A DNA stretch of 64,000 nucleotides from Octopus sinensis (taxonomy: Eukaryota), in contig NC_043020.1 of assembly GCF_006345805.1 (NCBI RefSeq), positions 4,278,001-4,342,000 on the forward strand, in the 5' to 3' direction. Positions 25,479-38,455 of the stretch are shown piece by piece; position 1 is the first letter of the stretch, and every line of letters begins with the position of its first letter. Both the position numbers and the translations under genes were made by a program. The notes beneath the pieces were generated by a model, which was given only the letters and a program-made list of their open reading frames with translations, was not told where the DNA came from and did not search any database.

Positions 25479-25828
25479 CATGCAAAACGAGAGAAAGGAA
25501 AATGTGGAAACTTTCAGATGATGAATGATGAATTTATATGTATGTATGTATTTATATAAATAAGTCCAACTCACACCGAGTACAAACGACAGAAAAATTT
25601 AAACGGGTGGAAGAAAGGTATTATAAAGCTAACAGCTGTTTCTGGGGCCTTAATGCGGCCGCATGAATGCATTTAATACAGGATGATACGATTCTCTCTC
25701 ACCAGAATGCAAAGAAGTTTGAAGATATCGTTTGTACTCTGTGTAAGTTGGACCTATTTATATAAATATATAAACTCATCATTCATCGTCTGAAAGTTTC
25801 CACATTTTCCTTTCTCTCGTTTTGCATG
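25479..25828. repeat. TA-flanked element with about 100-110-bp inverted arms
   Basis: 25479-25589 is the near reverse complement of 25728-25828. TA is present at 25477-78 and 25829-30. Confidence 0.85.
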
Positions 25829-25871
25829 TATACATACGTACGTACATACATACATACATACATACATACAT

Positions 25872-25916
<45 letters not shown>

Positions 25917-26167
25917 ACACACACACACACACACACATATTTTGTATTTGATGTACTTAATATAATTGATGTGTCGAATTTGCGTATCCTCATTATTGCT
26001 TCTATACTCGCTCCACCTGATCCCTCGTATAGATTTTCTTTACCTTGAGGAATAATCCCCTGTAAAGACATCGAAGTCCAAGTTTGAATCTTTTGAGCTC
26101 TACTAAGTGTCTTCGATGTAGAGAATATCTGGGTCTCATCTATGAACTATATGTTTATACATATATA

Positions 26168-26325
26168 CGACGGCTTCTTTCAGTTTTTGTCTACCAAATC
26201 CACTCACAAGGCATCCGTCGGCCCGAGACTATAGCAGAAACACTCAAGGTGTCACGTAGTGGACTTGAACCTGGGCCCATGTGGTTGGGAAGCAACCTTC
26301 TTACCACACAGCAACGCCTTGCGCC
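26168..26325 (-). mobile_element. CORE-type tRNA SINE, partial
   Basis: Same family as 3010-3170 (GACGGCTTCTTTCAGTTT..CCACTCACAAGG..CCACACAGC). Confidence 0.75.
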
Positions 26326-27437
26326 TATATCAAAATATTTTATTTCGTGCAAACATTATCTGATATTGAAGTCAAAACGTTGAGTGCGGTGGCTAGTTGT
26401 GTTTATATGGAAAGATAGTGAGCAGGCAGAATCGTGAGCGCGTCGGACAAAATGCTTAGCGGCAGTTCTTCTGACATTTTACGTTCTAATTTCAAATTCC
26501 ACCGCGGTCATCTTTATCTCTCGTCTGGTATAAGTACCAGTCAAGAATTGGGGCCGATGTCATCGACTTACCCACTGACCTTGTGCCTTAATTTGAGACC
26601 TTTATATAAAAAATTGACTGTTTTGCCTAAAGTATGCCTTGTCGATCTCTCATTTTCCACCAACCCCTCTCTCTCCTTCTCTCCCTCTCATACACACACA
26701 CACATATTGTATATATGTGTGTGTGTGTGTGTATTTCTATGTACGTACATACAGTCTATGTCCCTGAGAAAGTAACGGAGAGTGGAAGAGTCGAAGAGGT
26801 GTGTGTAAAGTGAAGTAGATTAGAAAGCTGAATGGGTGTGTAAGAGGGAAAGTAGAGTGAAAGAGAGGACTTGTGTGATGTTTTGTATGAAGGACAGAAA
26901 TTGTAAAGAGGGAGAGAGAGAAAGAAATAGATAGTGAGAGAGAGGGGAAAGATGTGGTGGAGAGAGAGAAAAATGTAAATATTAGAGATTAAGCCACACG
27001 CAAATACTTTATGTACTCACACACATGCATACACACGTTTGCATGTATACATTTACATACCATCTCTATTCATATATATATATACACATACACTATATGT
27101 ATGTCTATACATACACCATATGCCTATGTAAATATATACATAAATCCACATACACACACATATATATCCATATATATTATTGTTTGGGGAGCGCCTTTCT
27201 GTTTTAATGCCTTATTAATTAAGATATACATAAATACACACACACACACACGTATGACCTAAACTCTTCCTCTTCTGTCACACACACACACAATCGCACG
27301 GTTTTGTAGTACAAGTAATCAGAGTTTTACATAAATCATGCCAAAATTCCCAGCTCCCACCCGTATACACTGTATAGTTTCATCACCACAGCCCTACACA
27401 CATACATAATACATAGATACACATGCATACAAACTCC

Positions 27438-27489
<52 letters not shown>

Positions 27490-27714
27490 TATATATCCTT
27501 TCCCCTTCATTATATATATATATTGAGGTGCACACGCAGATACTCTGTCATAAATACCAAGATTTAGCTGTAAATATATTTGCTGCATATCGAAGACGAA
27601 AAAAATACGATAAAAACATGTCAGACGTACTTGAATATATAAACATCAATTTATTTATATACACGCACGCCTAGACACGGATACCCGCATTTACATACAC
27701 AACCACCCCTAACC

Positions 27715-27975
27715 TTCGCTTTCACTCTTTCTCTCTCTGTCTGACCCTCCCTCTCACTTCACTCTCACTCCTAAAATCGCTTTGAGAGTGAGTATTCACT
27801 CCACTCTCTTCTCACTCTCTCACTTGCGCTCTCTCCCTAAGTCACTTTCTCACTCTCTCTCTGTCTGACCCTCCCTCTCACTCCTAAAATTGCTTCGAGA
27901 GTGAGTATTCACTCCACTCTCGTCACCTCCACTCCACTCGGCGTGTCTCTTCGCTTCCTGTCAGCCGTGGCCGTA
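27715..27975 (+). promoter_or_regulatory. Possible promoter or first non-coding exon of the ZSWIM gene
   Basis: Non-TE, pyrimidine-rich segment with a CpG-containing core (CGGCGTGTCTCTTCGCTTCCTGTCAGCCGTGGCCG, including an ETS-like CTTCCTG) about 400 bp upstream of the ATG. The support is position and composition only. Confidence 0.3.
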
Positions 27976-28385
27976 ACACACACAAACACACTAACCCTAC
28001 AACTACATGCTCCATACAATAACATACACATCTTACACACCGCCACCACTTCTACTATCACTGCTACAACTATTCACAAATTATATACACGCCGACAGGG
28101 ACGTACTTCCGAATCTCCTCGACAATACAAACACGCACACACATATCTGTCTGTCCATTATATATACACACACACACACACACATATATATATGCACAAA
28201 CACACATAAATATAGTTATATCGGCTGGCCGTGTGTTTATGTATGTGGTTCTATATCTGTGATATGGTGTGATGTGCTGTCTATGTCTAATGTATGTAAT
28301 CTGTGTGTAGTAGCTGCGGTGTGGTATGGTGTGTATGTGTGTATATGCTTTATTATTTTAGCCGAATGCTATCAGATGATTCTCA

Positions 28386-28746
28386 ATGGCGTTGGTTAAG
28401 AAGAGACTATGTTCTGGTGTGTCTTCTTCTGCTGGGCCGACCTGCGACCAGTGGAACGAGGTGGAGCAGGTGCGCGGCGGCCGAGTGGACAGCTTATTGG
28501 ATATCTGCGCCAAAGTTGTGGCCGAAAACATAGCCTTCCAGTCTGTGGAACTTCGATTTGACCGGATACCAGAACCCGTACAAAACCGCATCGTCTACTG
28601 GTCATTCCCACGCAATGAAATGGATATATGTATGTATTCGTCTTTGGCCAATGCTTGCAAGGACAACGGAGATAGCCAGAAGTTGCCCTTTCATCACGGT
28701 GTACGACTTCTTGAGGGGAATGCTGTAGCTAATGTCTTACAAATAG
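28386..28746 (+). CDS. ZSWIM4/5/6: Zinc finger SWIM domain-containing protein 4/5/6-like, first coding exon (120 codons + 1 nt, phase 1)
   Basis: DSLLDICAKVVAENIAFQSVELRFDRIPEPVQNRIVYWSFPRNEMDICMYSS...LPFHHGVRLLEGNAVANVLQIG matches the N-terminal BC-box/Cullin-box region of ZSWIM4/5/6 (SLLDIAARRVAE..IPEPVQRRIVYWSFPR..ICMYSS..LPF..G..LLE..V.NVLQVG) better than ZSWIM8. An in-frame TGA at 28377-79 precedes the ATG. The donor AG|GTAAGG at 28747 falls where conservation stops. Confidence 0.92.
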
Positions 28747-29083
28747 GTAAGGACCTCTTTATCTCACTTTTCTTCGTGGACTTATATAATAATAATAATA
28801 ATTTTGTCGTTAATTATAACCATTCCATTTATCGTTTTGTATTAAAGACTCGCATCTCCAGTAAATATGATGAATGTACATTTTCTGTACGAGTGCCTAT
28901 CTACACACATTCACGTGTATGTACATACAACACACACACATATGTATATATACACACATATACATACATATACTCGCACTTACCTATAAACATGCGCGTA
29001 CACAAAGATATATTTTTGTACTATTGTGAAAATAAGGAAATAGCCAAGCCTGAGCTATTCAATTGAAAATAAAAAGAACGAAA

Positions 29084-29144
<61 letters not shown>

Positions 29145-29362
29145 ATATCCTGTAAAGTAATTATCATACACACCCACAAATATAACTTAAATTTATCTTT
29201 GTTTATTATAAACGACAAATATGTGTAGATTATACATTTATATCACAAAGTACATTCTGAAATAATCACTGGTGTATGTATATATATATATATAATAGAC
29301 GTACACATTTTGTATAGGCCTACAAACTGATAATATGTACACCTATAAACTATATACTTTTC

Positions 29363-29366
29363 ATAT

Positions 29367-29397
<31 letters not shown>

Positions 29398-29500
29398 GTA
29401 TGTATATATGTATGTATATATGTATGTATATGTATATATATATGTATATATATATGTATGTATATGTATATATATATGTATGTATATGTATATATATATG

Positions 29501-29535
<35 letters not shown>

Positions 29536-29536
29536 G

Positions 29537-29574
<38 letters not shown>

Positions 29575-29639
29575 GGTAAACAATGTATGTATATGTATAT
29601 ATATATGTATATATATGTAGTATATGTATATATATATAG

Positions 29640-29676
<37 letters not shown>

Positions 29677-29741
29677 GTATTATATATATATATATATAAT
29701 GTATGTATATATGTATATATGTATATATATGTATGTATATG

Positions 29742-29776
<35 letters not shown>

Positions 29777-29777
29777 G

Positions 29778-29812
<35 letters not shown>

Positions 29813-29923
29813 GTTATATATATGTATATATATATATTGTATGTATATGTATATATATGTTGTATATATATGTATATATATATGTATGTATATATATGTA
29901 TATATAATATATATATGTATATG

Positions 29924-29954
<31 letters not shown>

Positions 29955-29993
29955 GTATATATATATGTATATATATATGTATATATATATATG

Positions 29994-30024
<31 letters not shown>

Positions 30025-30949
30025 GTATATATATATGTTATATATATATATATGTATATATATATGTATATATATATATGATATATATATATATATGTAT
30101 ATATATATGTAATATATATATTATATATATATGTATATATATATGTATATATATTATGTATATATATATGTATATATATATGTATATATATATGTATATA
30201 TATATGTATATATATATGTATATATATATGTATATATATATGTATGTATATGTATGTATATGTATATATATGTATATATATGTATATATATATATATATG
30301 TGTATATATATATATATATGTATGTATATATATGTATATATAGTATGTATATATATATATATATATGTATGTATATATATATATATATGTATATATTATA
30401 TATATGTATGTATATATATATATATATATGTAATATATATATATATGTATGTATATATATATATATATATGTATGTATATATATATATATATGTATGTAT
30501 ATATATATATATGTATGTATTATATATATATATGTATATTATATATATATATATATATATGTATTATATATATATATATAATGTATGTATATATGTATAT
30601 ATATGTATGTATATATGTATGTATGTATATATGTATGTATATATGTATGTATATATATATATTATATGTATATATATATATATTATATGTATATATATGT
30701 AATATATATATGTATATATATATATGTAATATATATGTATATATATATATATATATATGTATATTATTATATATATATGTATATATATATGTAATATATA
30801 TGTATATATATATATGTATATATATATGTATGTATATATGTATGTATGTATGTATATATGTATGTATATATATTTATGTATGTATGTATATATGTATGTA
30901 TATATATTTATGTATGTATATATATATATATGTATGTATATATATAAAA
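29363..30949. repeat. About 1.6-kb compound (TA)n/(TATG)n/(TATATG)n microsatellite
   Basis: Alternating purine-pyrimidine tract. By eye it holds a single C (29581) on the + strand. Confidence 0.95.
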
Positions 30950-33900
30950 CACCTCAATGTAGACATCAAATACGCCCAAGCTGCATCCACCCATAAAGTA
31001 CTAAATTTGTATGAATACACCCACAAACTAACGTTTGTATGCATAAACACACACACACACGTATGCCTGCATTATAGTATTGTTCCTTGAAACTCGACAG
31101 AAAAGTCAATTAAGAAATATTCTGCAGAAACACATCCACGCAGAGCGAGAGAGAGTGTTTGTGTAAGTATGTATGTGTATACACACACACACACACACGC
31201 CTTTATATAAAACCCTCATTTTTCCGTATAAATGAGGAGAGTTAGAAAATAATGCTCATTATATCTAATTACTGTTAAATTTACTATATAAGTATTACTA
31301 CAACTACTATTACTATTATTGTAACTGCTGCTATAATTACTACTACTACATTTCCTCAATAGAGAGAAGGGGGGGGTCTGCCCCTCGTTACAGCCTCGAC
31401 AGGACAGTTGTTGTTTGTTTATTTGCCCTCTTCCTCTCCCTCCTCCCATCACTATTAGTCTTAGTGTGAGAGTAGGAGGGTTTTCGCTTAAAATTAGGCC
31501 TTCTATTCGTTAGCCGCAGTTCAGTATCCACATGCCTTCTGTCTCTTTTATATTTTTCTTGTGACTATTAATGTTGTTGCTGCTACTGTTGGGTTTCTTT
31601 CTCTAACATGGACATGACCAAGAGGGAACAGTGGAAAAAGTAAATCGATTTCCACTTTTTCTAGCTCGTAACTATATTTATTTCAAGTCTAGAAGGGTCA
31701 CAGCCGATTTAAACCTAAAACATAAGGATGTGTTTATTATAACGGCTGCTATGTAAAGTTCAAAGAATTATTAATAAAGAATGGATTATTGTTGTAGCAG
31801 CATCAGCCTTGCAGTATTTGTTTATTTCTGCTCTCTTTAAGGTCAACTTTACAGTTCATCCTTTCAGAGTGGATAAAATAAAGACACCAGTCAAGTTTTC
31901 ATGTCGATATAGTCAAGTAACTCCCTTCTTTAGGCGTTGTGTCTGAGAAACAATTATTATTAGGACAGAGGATTGACAAAATCATTAATTAACGCGTCGA
32001 AATACGAAAACCTTGCGATAGTTGTTCTGGAACTTTATAGTCTGTTCAAAACCTGTCGACATAACTTCGCCTTTCATCCTTCTGACATCAAATTAAATCG
32101 ACCAGCTAACTAACCCCCACCTCTCATTTCCTTGCTGATTTCTTGTGTTTAAGAAATTGTTTTTACTGTATTGACATCTCTTCACGTTCTAAGTTCGAAT
32201 CCTGATAATTCGTTGTCTTTTATTCTTCCAGGAGGGATAGGTATAAAACATGGACTAGTTGTTTAACCCCTAGTCGATCAGACCTATTATCAAAGACATT
32301 CCATTCGTGACCATCCCCTATTTTAAAGTTATGTTGGGCATTGTAGTTAATGTATTAGCGTTGCCTGTTTAAGCGTTTCCCCCAAAATTTTGGGTTCTGT
32401 GAGATAAGATATATAATAAAAATTTATTTTTTAGGAAAAAAATATTTGGCATTTTCAGAAGGTTATTTTTATGAAATCTCTTTCTAAAACAAAATTTGAT
32501 GATTGAATGCCTTGGAGTGGTGAGGGTTGTGTATAAAATATAGTTTTGGTTCTGTTAGGGTATGATTTCAAGGTGATTTGGCTGTTATTTCTAGAAGTTC
32601 GAGCGATCATATTTGATTTGACTCGAATAGTCATCGATTTAATCTGCCCCTTCCCAATGGGTGGGGGTGGGTACATTGCTTCAATATCTTATATTAAATC
32701 ATTTTGATCGTGTTAAAAAAGAACTTTATTACAGGTCTTTAAGTAATATACAGCAGTCAAATCAATCGACTGCATCTTCACTCAAATTCCCATTTATTTT
32801 TGTCCATTGCTGTCATAAAGAATGGACACATTTGGTAATGTCTTCAGCTAATATTTACCCGTGTATGATGCTGAGGTTTGCTGTCAGATAAATATTCTAG
32901 AATTATATAAAGCTCTCTTGCATTGCCCGGTAACCTAGAATGCTGTTAGGATGGCTCTGGTTGTATCTCACTATACATTTGTAGATTAAACACAATATGA
33001 CCCTTCACAATTATTCTCTCTGAACCTTTCTAATCTTCCAGAGTAGGGATAAAGTGAGAAGTCACGGCAAAAGGTTAAATCGATTAATCTACACCTAACA
33101 CCACGCTGCTACGAAACTGTAGTCTTATTATTTAAACATTGCAAAATGAACTTCACAACATCACATTGTTGTGAAAATCTTGACATAATGAGTTTTTCGG
33201 ATTGTAGCTTCTTAAAATGGGTTGGTAGACGTGTTAGAGCGTTGCGCAAAATACTTTGCGTACTTGTTCAGGCAGTTTACCTTTTCAATTCGATGTCAAC
33301 TTAGCTTTTCTTTCTTAGGTTGACAAAATCAAGTATCAGTCAAGTACTGAATTGATGGCATCGACTAAACCCCCTCCTCTCAAAGTTGCTGGCCTCGTGT
33401 CTAAAATCAGAAGCCATTGTATTCCTTGCGATGAAATACTCGTCTTTGGTTTCAGTTACGTTTTGAGTTCAAATTCTGCCAGCAGTCTCTTTTTCTTTTC
33501 ACCTCTCCAGGCTTAGTCGATAAAGTGTCAGTCATATATTGTTATCGAATCAATCTGCTGCTCCCTTTCCCGACAGCCACTCCTCTTTCAATTAAAAGTT
33601 GATGAATGGCAGAATCGCTAATGTTTGACAAAGTTCAGTTGCGGTATTACTTTTATATCTCTTTCTATTCAATTCCAGCTCAGGTCAGTTTTACCTTTCT
33701 CACTCATTCAAGGGATCGATTGAATTTAATGAGTCGAGTGCTGGGGAAGGAGTGGATGATGAGGTGGCAGATCGTTAGAGTTGTTAGTGTCCGATAGAAT
33801 GATTTCAGGAAGTTGTTCTGGCTCTGCATACTTGAGTTCAAAAGTCCGTCGAGATCAACATTACCTTTCATTTTTACAGGAATGATAAATAAAGTACTAG

Positions 33901-36900
33901 TCAAGTACTTCCTTCTCTCTCTCTCTCCGTTACGCTGAGATATGTCGTAGAGGACCAGCCATGCCCCCACCTTCTCTACAAAAAGAATCAAGTTGGAAAG
34001 GGTCTGACAACTAATTCTCAAAAAAAACTGATATAATAATAGAAACTGAAGACATTTTGTTGCGTAGCAGCCAACGGAAGCTAATATTATTATTATTATT
34101 TTAAAGAAGTAGAAAATATGTGAAGCTCTTGACCGAACTGAACCAAACATCCGGTTTTGATTCTCACTAGAAGAAAATTGGATTCACTGTTCGCCATTGA
34201 TATCGCTAAGAAAAAGATAAGGTCGATCTCTTCACCTCCATTTAAGTAGATGACGGCTTTATGGTGATGAAAACTGTTGTTGCTTAGCTTCAGGGTGAAA
34301 CTAGATCAAAGGCTTTCCAGCTGTGACTAATTCGTCTTTTTGTGTACCGGGATCGATAATCTTGTATTCTTTTAGATATGTTCATATTCTTACAACATGG
34401 CTACATTTTTTTCAGCAGGGCGTGTTGATAAATCCCAGTGCAGAAGTGTGTATGTATGTGTATGTGTGTATATATAAAGAGAAAGAGAGGCTAACAGTAT
34501 ATTATTGTACAATGTATATAGCGATAAGTCCTAATTCAGCAAGCCCCCATGACGAAAGACGTTCCATCCCTTGACTTATTGAGTGTAACCTTCCTTAACA
34601 CAGTATGCTGTGGTTTGGAGGAGACTTAGCTATATTATTCCCTCAGATCTGTTGACTCTGCAGTTGACGAATTAGAATTTATAGATTGGTGTGATGGCCT
34701 ATCTTGACAAATAGGTAATTTCGATAGATTAGATAAAAAGAATCAGCTGAGTAAGGACGTCGGACAAAATGTTTTGAGAGATTTAGTCTACGGCCATTTA
34801 CGTTCTGAACTCAAATCCCACCAAGGTCAACTTACCCTATCATAGTGGATAAAACAAAGCACCAGTCATGTGTTAGGGTACAAATATACGTCCTAGTTGT
34901 GAAGGAAATTATAATCTGTAATTGAGACTGGCAGATGTTATATTGTGTTGAGAGATGAGAATTATAGCATGTTGGACAGATCTATGGAGATTGATGAGTG
35001 GAGCGATGACAATCTTAGAGGAAAGCGGCGTAATTAATGATGAGACTAGCAATTGCGAGGAATGTAAATCAAAATAATAATTTGGATTCCCTGATCTACA
35101 AAAATGAATGCATTGAAATAAAGTTACTATAAACGACTGGTCTCGTATCTTCGTTAGAAACATCCAAGTTGGCATCTGGTAACTCATTACAAAAATAAAA
35201 TTATTTAGTTGAAAGTTTTTCCCAGAAGAATTTCTGACTGGAAATAGGTCTGTTACACCACAACAAGAGTTTAACTGGATCAGAACAGCCAGATATGTGC
35301 ACAAGATGAACAAGAACACCGAGTCTCAGTTGTTTAAAACTTGGAAATTTGAAGACTGTTTTGAGAAAAAATGTAAAATATATAGAATATGTTCGAGGGT
35401 GGTGCATGATTCACCTATTTTGAAATATTTACTTATTCGTTTCAGTAATTTAAGATAGCCAAGTTGTTTTTATACATTCCATTATTGCTGGTTTCATTTT
35501 TAATTACATTCGCTCAACGATTATTGTATTAAGTGCTGACTGACTTCAGCGAGTGACTTATGTTAACATCAGGGCCATCATTATCAACTGCAGCTTGTAT
35601 ATCCGGCTCAATCTGTCCATTCTATCCAGAGTTCATTAACGAGTCACGTTGTTACCTTCCCACTTATTGAGATTTCATATGACTTTTATATTTTATGATT
35701 GAAGGTGTCGCATGCATCTCGTCCTTCTCTTGGACATTGTGTCTGTATCTAGAACTACATTAGCTTATGTTCCACTACAGCCTTTTCAAGGAACAGTGTC
35801 ATTTGAAGATTTTGCTTCTATTTCTCGCAGGTACAACAACCATTTAGACGCTGTCTTCCCACGCTATTCAAATTTATCAAACTTTTGGTAAAATATTGTT
35901 TTAAAAAATAGATTCATCAAACCAAAATTATGATTATAGTTCTAAAGCTTCTGTATTTCGGAGTGAAGGTGTGTTCTGAGTCAAAACGAATGATTTTTGG
36001 GTGGGGTTTTGGAACAGCTGTCCTTCGAAGTCCCAACCTCATGGAAGGGGAAAAGTTTTGGGGGTGGGGGGAAATGGAATTTACGGTTCTGAAAAATAAT
36101 TTTTACAAAAATTTAAATTTCACTTTTATCCCTACCTCTCCTACCCCTCTTTCGTACATTTTCCTTTCCCACGTGATATGGGACTCCAGGGGGTGGGGGG
36201 TTAACATGTCCCAAAATTCCGATTTCGCCGATTTTCATGCGGCAGAGCTGTGCTTCAAATTATATGTATTCTTCATTCGATGGTTTTCTGTACAGTTTCC
36301 GTCGACTCAATTTTACTTGTATGAATCAAGCTGGGACCAGAAAATGACTCTTGCCTGCAATACCAGAATGAAATCAAAACCGAGGTCTCGTGATTGCGAA
36401 GCGAACTCGTTAACCATTCGGCCATACTGTACCTACATCCTATAAATATGCAACGCATACACACATAGAAGAAAACTCTGCTTCTACTATTTGTCCTAAA
36501 AAAAAAGGACAATGGTACTCTATGACTAAGATGGTCACCGCTGAAACACTTTTGATCATGTCTCGCTGGATTAAGGTTGATTCTAAGATAACGTTTTGAA
36601 TCATTTCTGAGTTGAAGCCACGTGAACTGATCGCTATCACTTTGCCAAAGGCTTCAATCTCACTTAAACATATTCTCTCTTCTCCTTTTTGACTCCTCTC
36701 TTTCTCTCTCCCTTCTCACCCCCCTCTTAAAACAATTCCATCATGAACGAACTTCTGGCTTGCCTCCTGTCACTCGGCTTCCATTGTTTCAATTTCTTTT
36801 TCCAAATCCTTGGAGAGGTATGAAAGCCACGACATATCAATTAATAAAACCATTGAACAGTTACCCAAGGTCGCGAAATGGATTTTCTTTTCACTTCTCC

Positions 36901-37698
36901 GGAAATCATTCTAAGAGGCGGGATGTCGCCCTCACCCACATTTGTGTTCACATCTTGGTGAAATTAATTTTGCATTTCGTTCTACCGAGGTCGATAAAAT
37001 AAGTACCAAGTACATCTTTTGAAAACACTGCACTTTCTCTTTCTCACTTAAAATCATGACCTTTATTGACAAACATATCATTCTATCGATCTTGTTTAAC
37101 CTGCAACTCATGATGAAAGGCATACTCGCCATGACCATCTTGTCCTTATATTTCTACGCACAGTGTTCCGAACTACATTATCCGGTGTAATTGAAGAGAT
37201 TTAACTGATATTCTTAGTAGCTTGAGCGACCACGTAGTGTAATACGTTCGTCTATTCTTAGGTTCCAATCTACTACTACCACCACGACAATCGCACTATA
37301 CTCACTGCTGTTTGCAGTATGTGTATTGGTTGTCGTATTGCGTGTAGTGTGTCTACTGGTTGTAGTATTAGTTCCAAATTACTTCTTGACACAGTCTGTC
37401 TCGGATTATATTATCCAATGTACCATTTTTAAAATGACTAAACTTTTTTATCAACTCATTCGAGGTTTTTCCTTTTAAACACCGTTAGTAGGGGAGTATC
37501 TACCAGTTGGATTCGATCTCAGTTGATCGAAATTTTTTCCACTTATTGTGTTACATATTTGACACTAACGAGCAATCCTTCGGTATTGTTCTCCAGAGTG
37601 TTAGTATGAGGAAACTGTCATTCACCCTCTTTTTCAGCCTAACCTCTTTAAGTCATGAGGGAAGGTTGTGTGGGTGAATGATGCCGTCTACCAATACC

Positions 37699-37920
37699 TA
37701 TTTCTTTACTACCCACAAGGGGCTAAACACAGAGAGGACAAACAAACGGATTGAGTCGATTATATCGATCTCAGTGCGTAACTGGTACTTATTTAATCAA
37801 CCTCGAAAGGATGAAAGGCAATGTCAACCTCGGCGGAATTTGAACTCAGAACGTAGCGGCAGACGAAATACTGCTAAGCATTTCGCCCGGAGTGCTAACG
37901 ATTCTGCCAGCTCGCCGCCT
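37699..37920 (-). mobile_element. tRNA-derived SINE (AGGCGGC family), full length
   Basis: The reverse complement matches 56735-56965 almost throughout. Confidence 0.9.
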
Positions 37921-38043
37921 TCAATGGGGGTGAGATAACCAAAACGTACCGGATTGCCCACTAACGTATGTGTGATTTGTGTTTTAGCTGTGTACCCTCT
38001 CTCTCTTTCTCTCTCTCTCTCACACACACACACACAATTTCTC

Positions 38044-38455
38044 AATGGGGATTTTTTCCCTTTTGAATGGCACATGTCAACACAATTTCTAGTTAACTAA
38101 ACACTTTTAAACTTCGTATACGGGTAGAATGTGTTTATAAAACATCATTTTTTCTTGGCTTTATTGAGAAAATTCTATATGTTGTAACATATTTCCACTT
38201 TAATTTCGAGCATTTCGGCAATTTTAACCAATCGCTGACCTCCATTTGGGGTGAAAACATTCCGTGCTCTATGAATATGTCCCTCGTTTAAGAAACAGAT
38301 TGGGTTTATTTACATTTGCGAAGAAAAAAAGATACCCTTCCCCCACCCCTAACTCTAACCCTAAATCTAAAATAAATTTAAATGCAATAGATCGATACTC
38401 GGGTTATAATTATGGGTGACAATTTCATACGACACCGCTAGAAAAAAATCCCATT
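38044..38455. mobile_element. Putative non-autonomous element with short terminal inverted repeats and telomere-like hexamers
   Basis: AATGGGGATTTTTTC (38044-) and GAAAAAAATCCCATT (38441-38455) are inverted. CCCTAACTCTAACCCTAAA lies inside at 38347-38365. No TSD is evident. Confidence 0.5.

Noticed and set aside
28747-29066. Treating the full 226-aa ORF as the canonical CDS
   Set aside because: Family similarity ends at LQIG, exactly at a GT donor. The extension is kept only as a hypothetical isoform.
29335-31090. Many long Y/I/M/C/V-rich ORFs (also 12829-13666, 2660-3599 and others)
   Set aside because: They are translations of (TA)n/(TG)n microsatellites, which lack stop codons.
32720-32970. 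Possible CR1/L2 RT remnant on the minus strand
   Set aside because: Only vague ILAED/W..N-like traces, too degenerate to support.
33152-33175. 9-bp perfect hairpin TTCACAACA/TGTTGTGAA
   Set aside because: A stem this short is expected by chance in 64 kb of AT-rich DNA.
36365-36428. tRNA-Arg-like gene on the minus strand
   Set aside because: A-box-like start and TCG loop, but a broken T-arm and no acceptor stem. It continues into CORE-like sequence, so it is a SINE head.
36889-36903. FHFSG as the start of ZSWIM exon 2 (expected GFHLSG)
   Set aside because: No AG acceptor at the required phase, no downstream SFDRCKI/CxC motif, and it lies beside a degenerate SINE.
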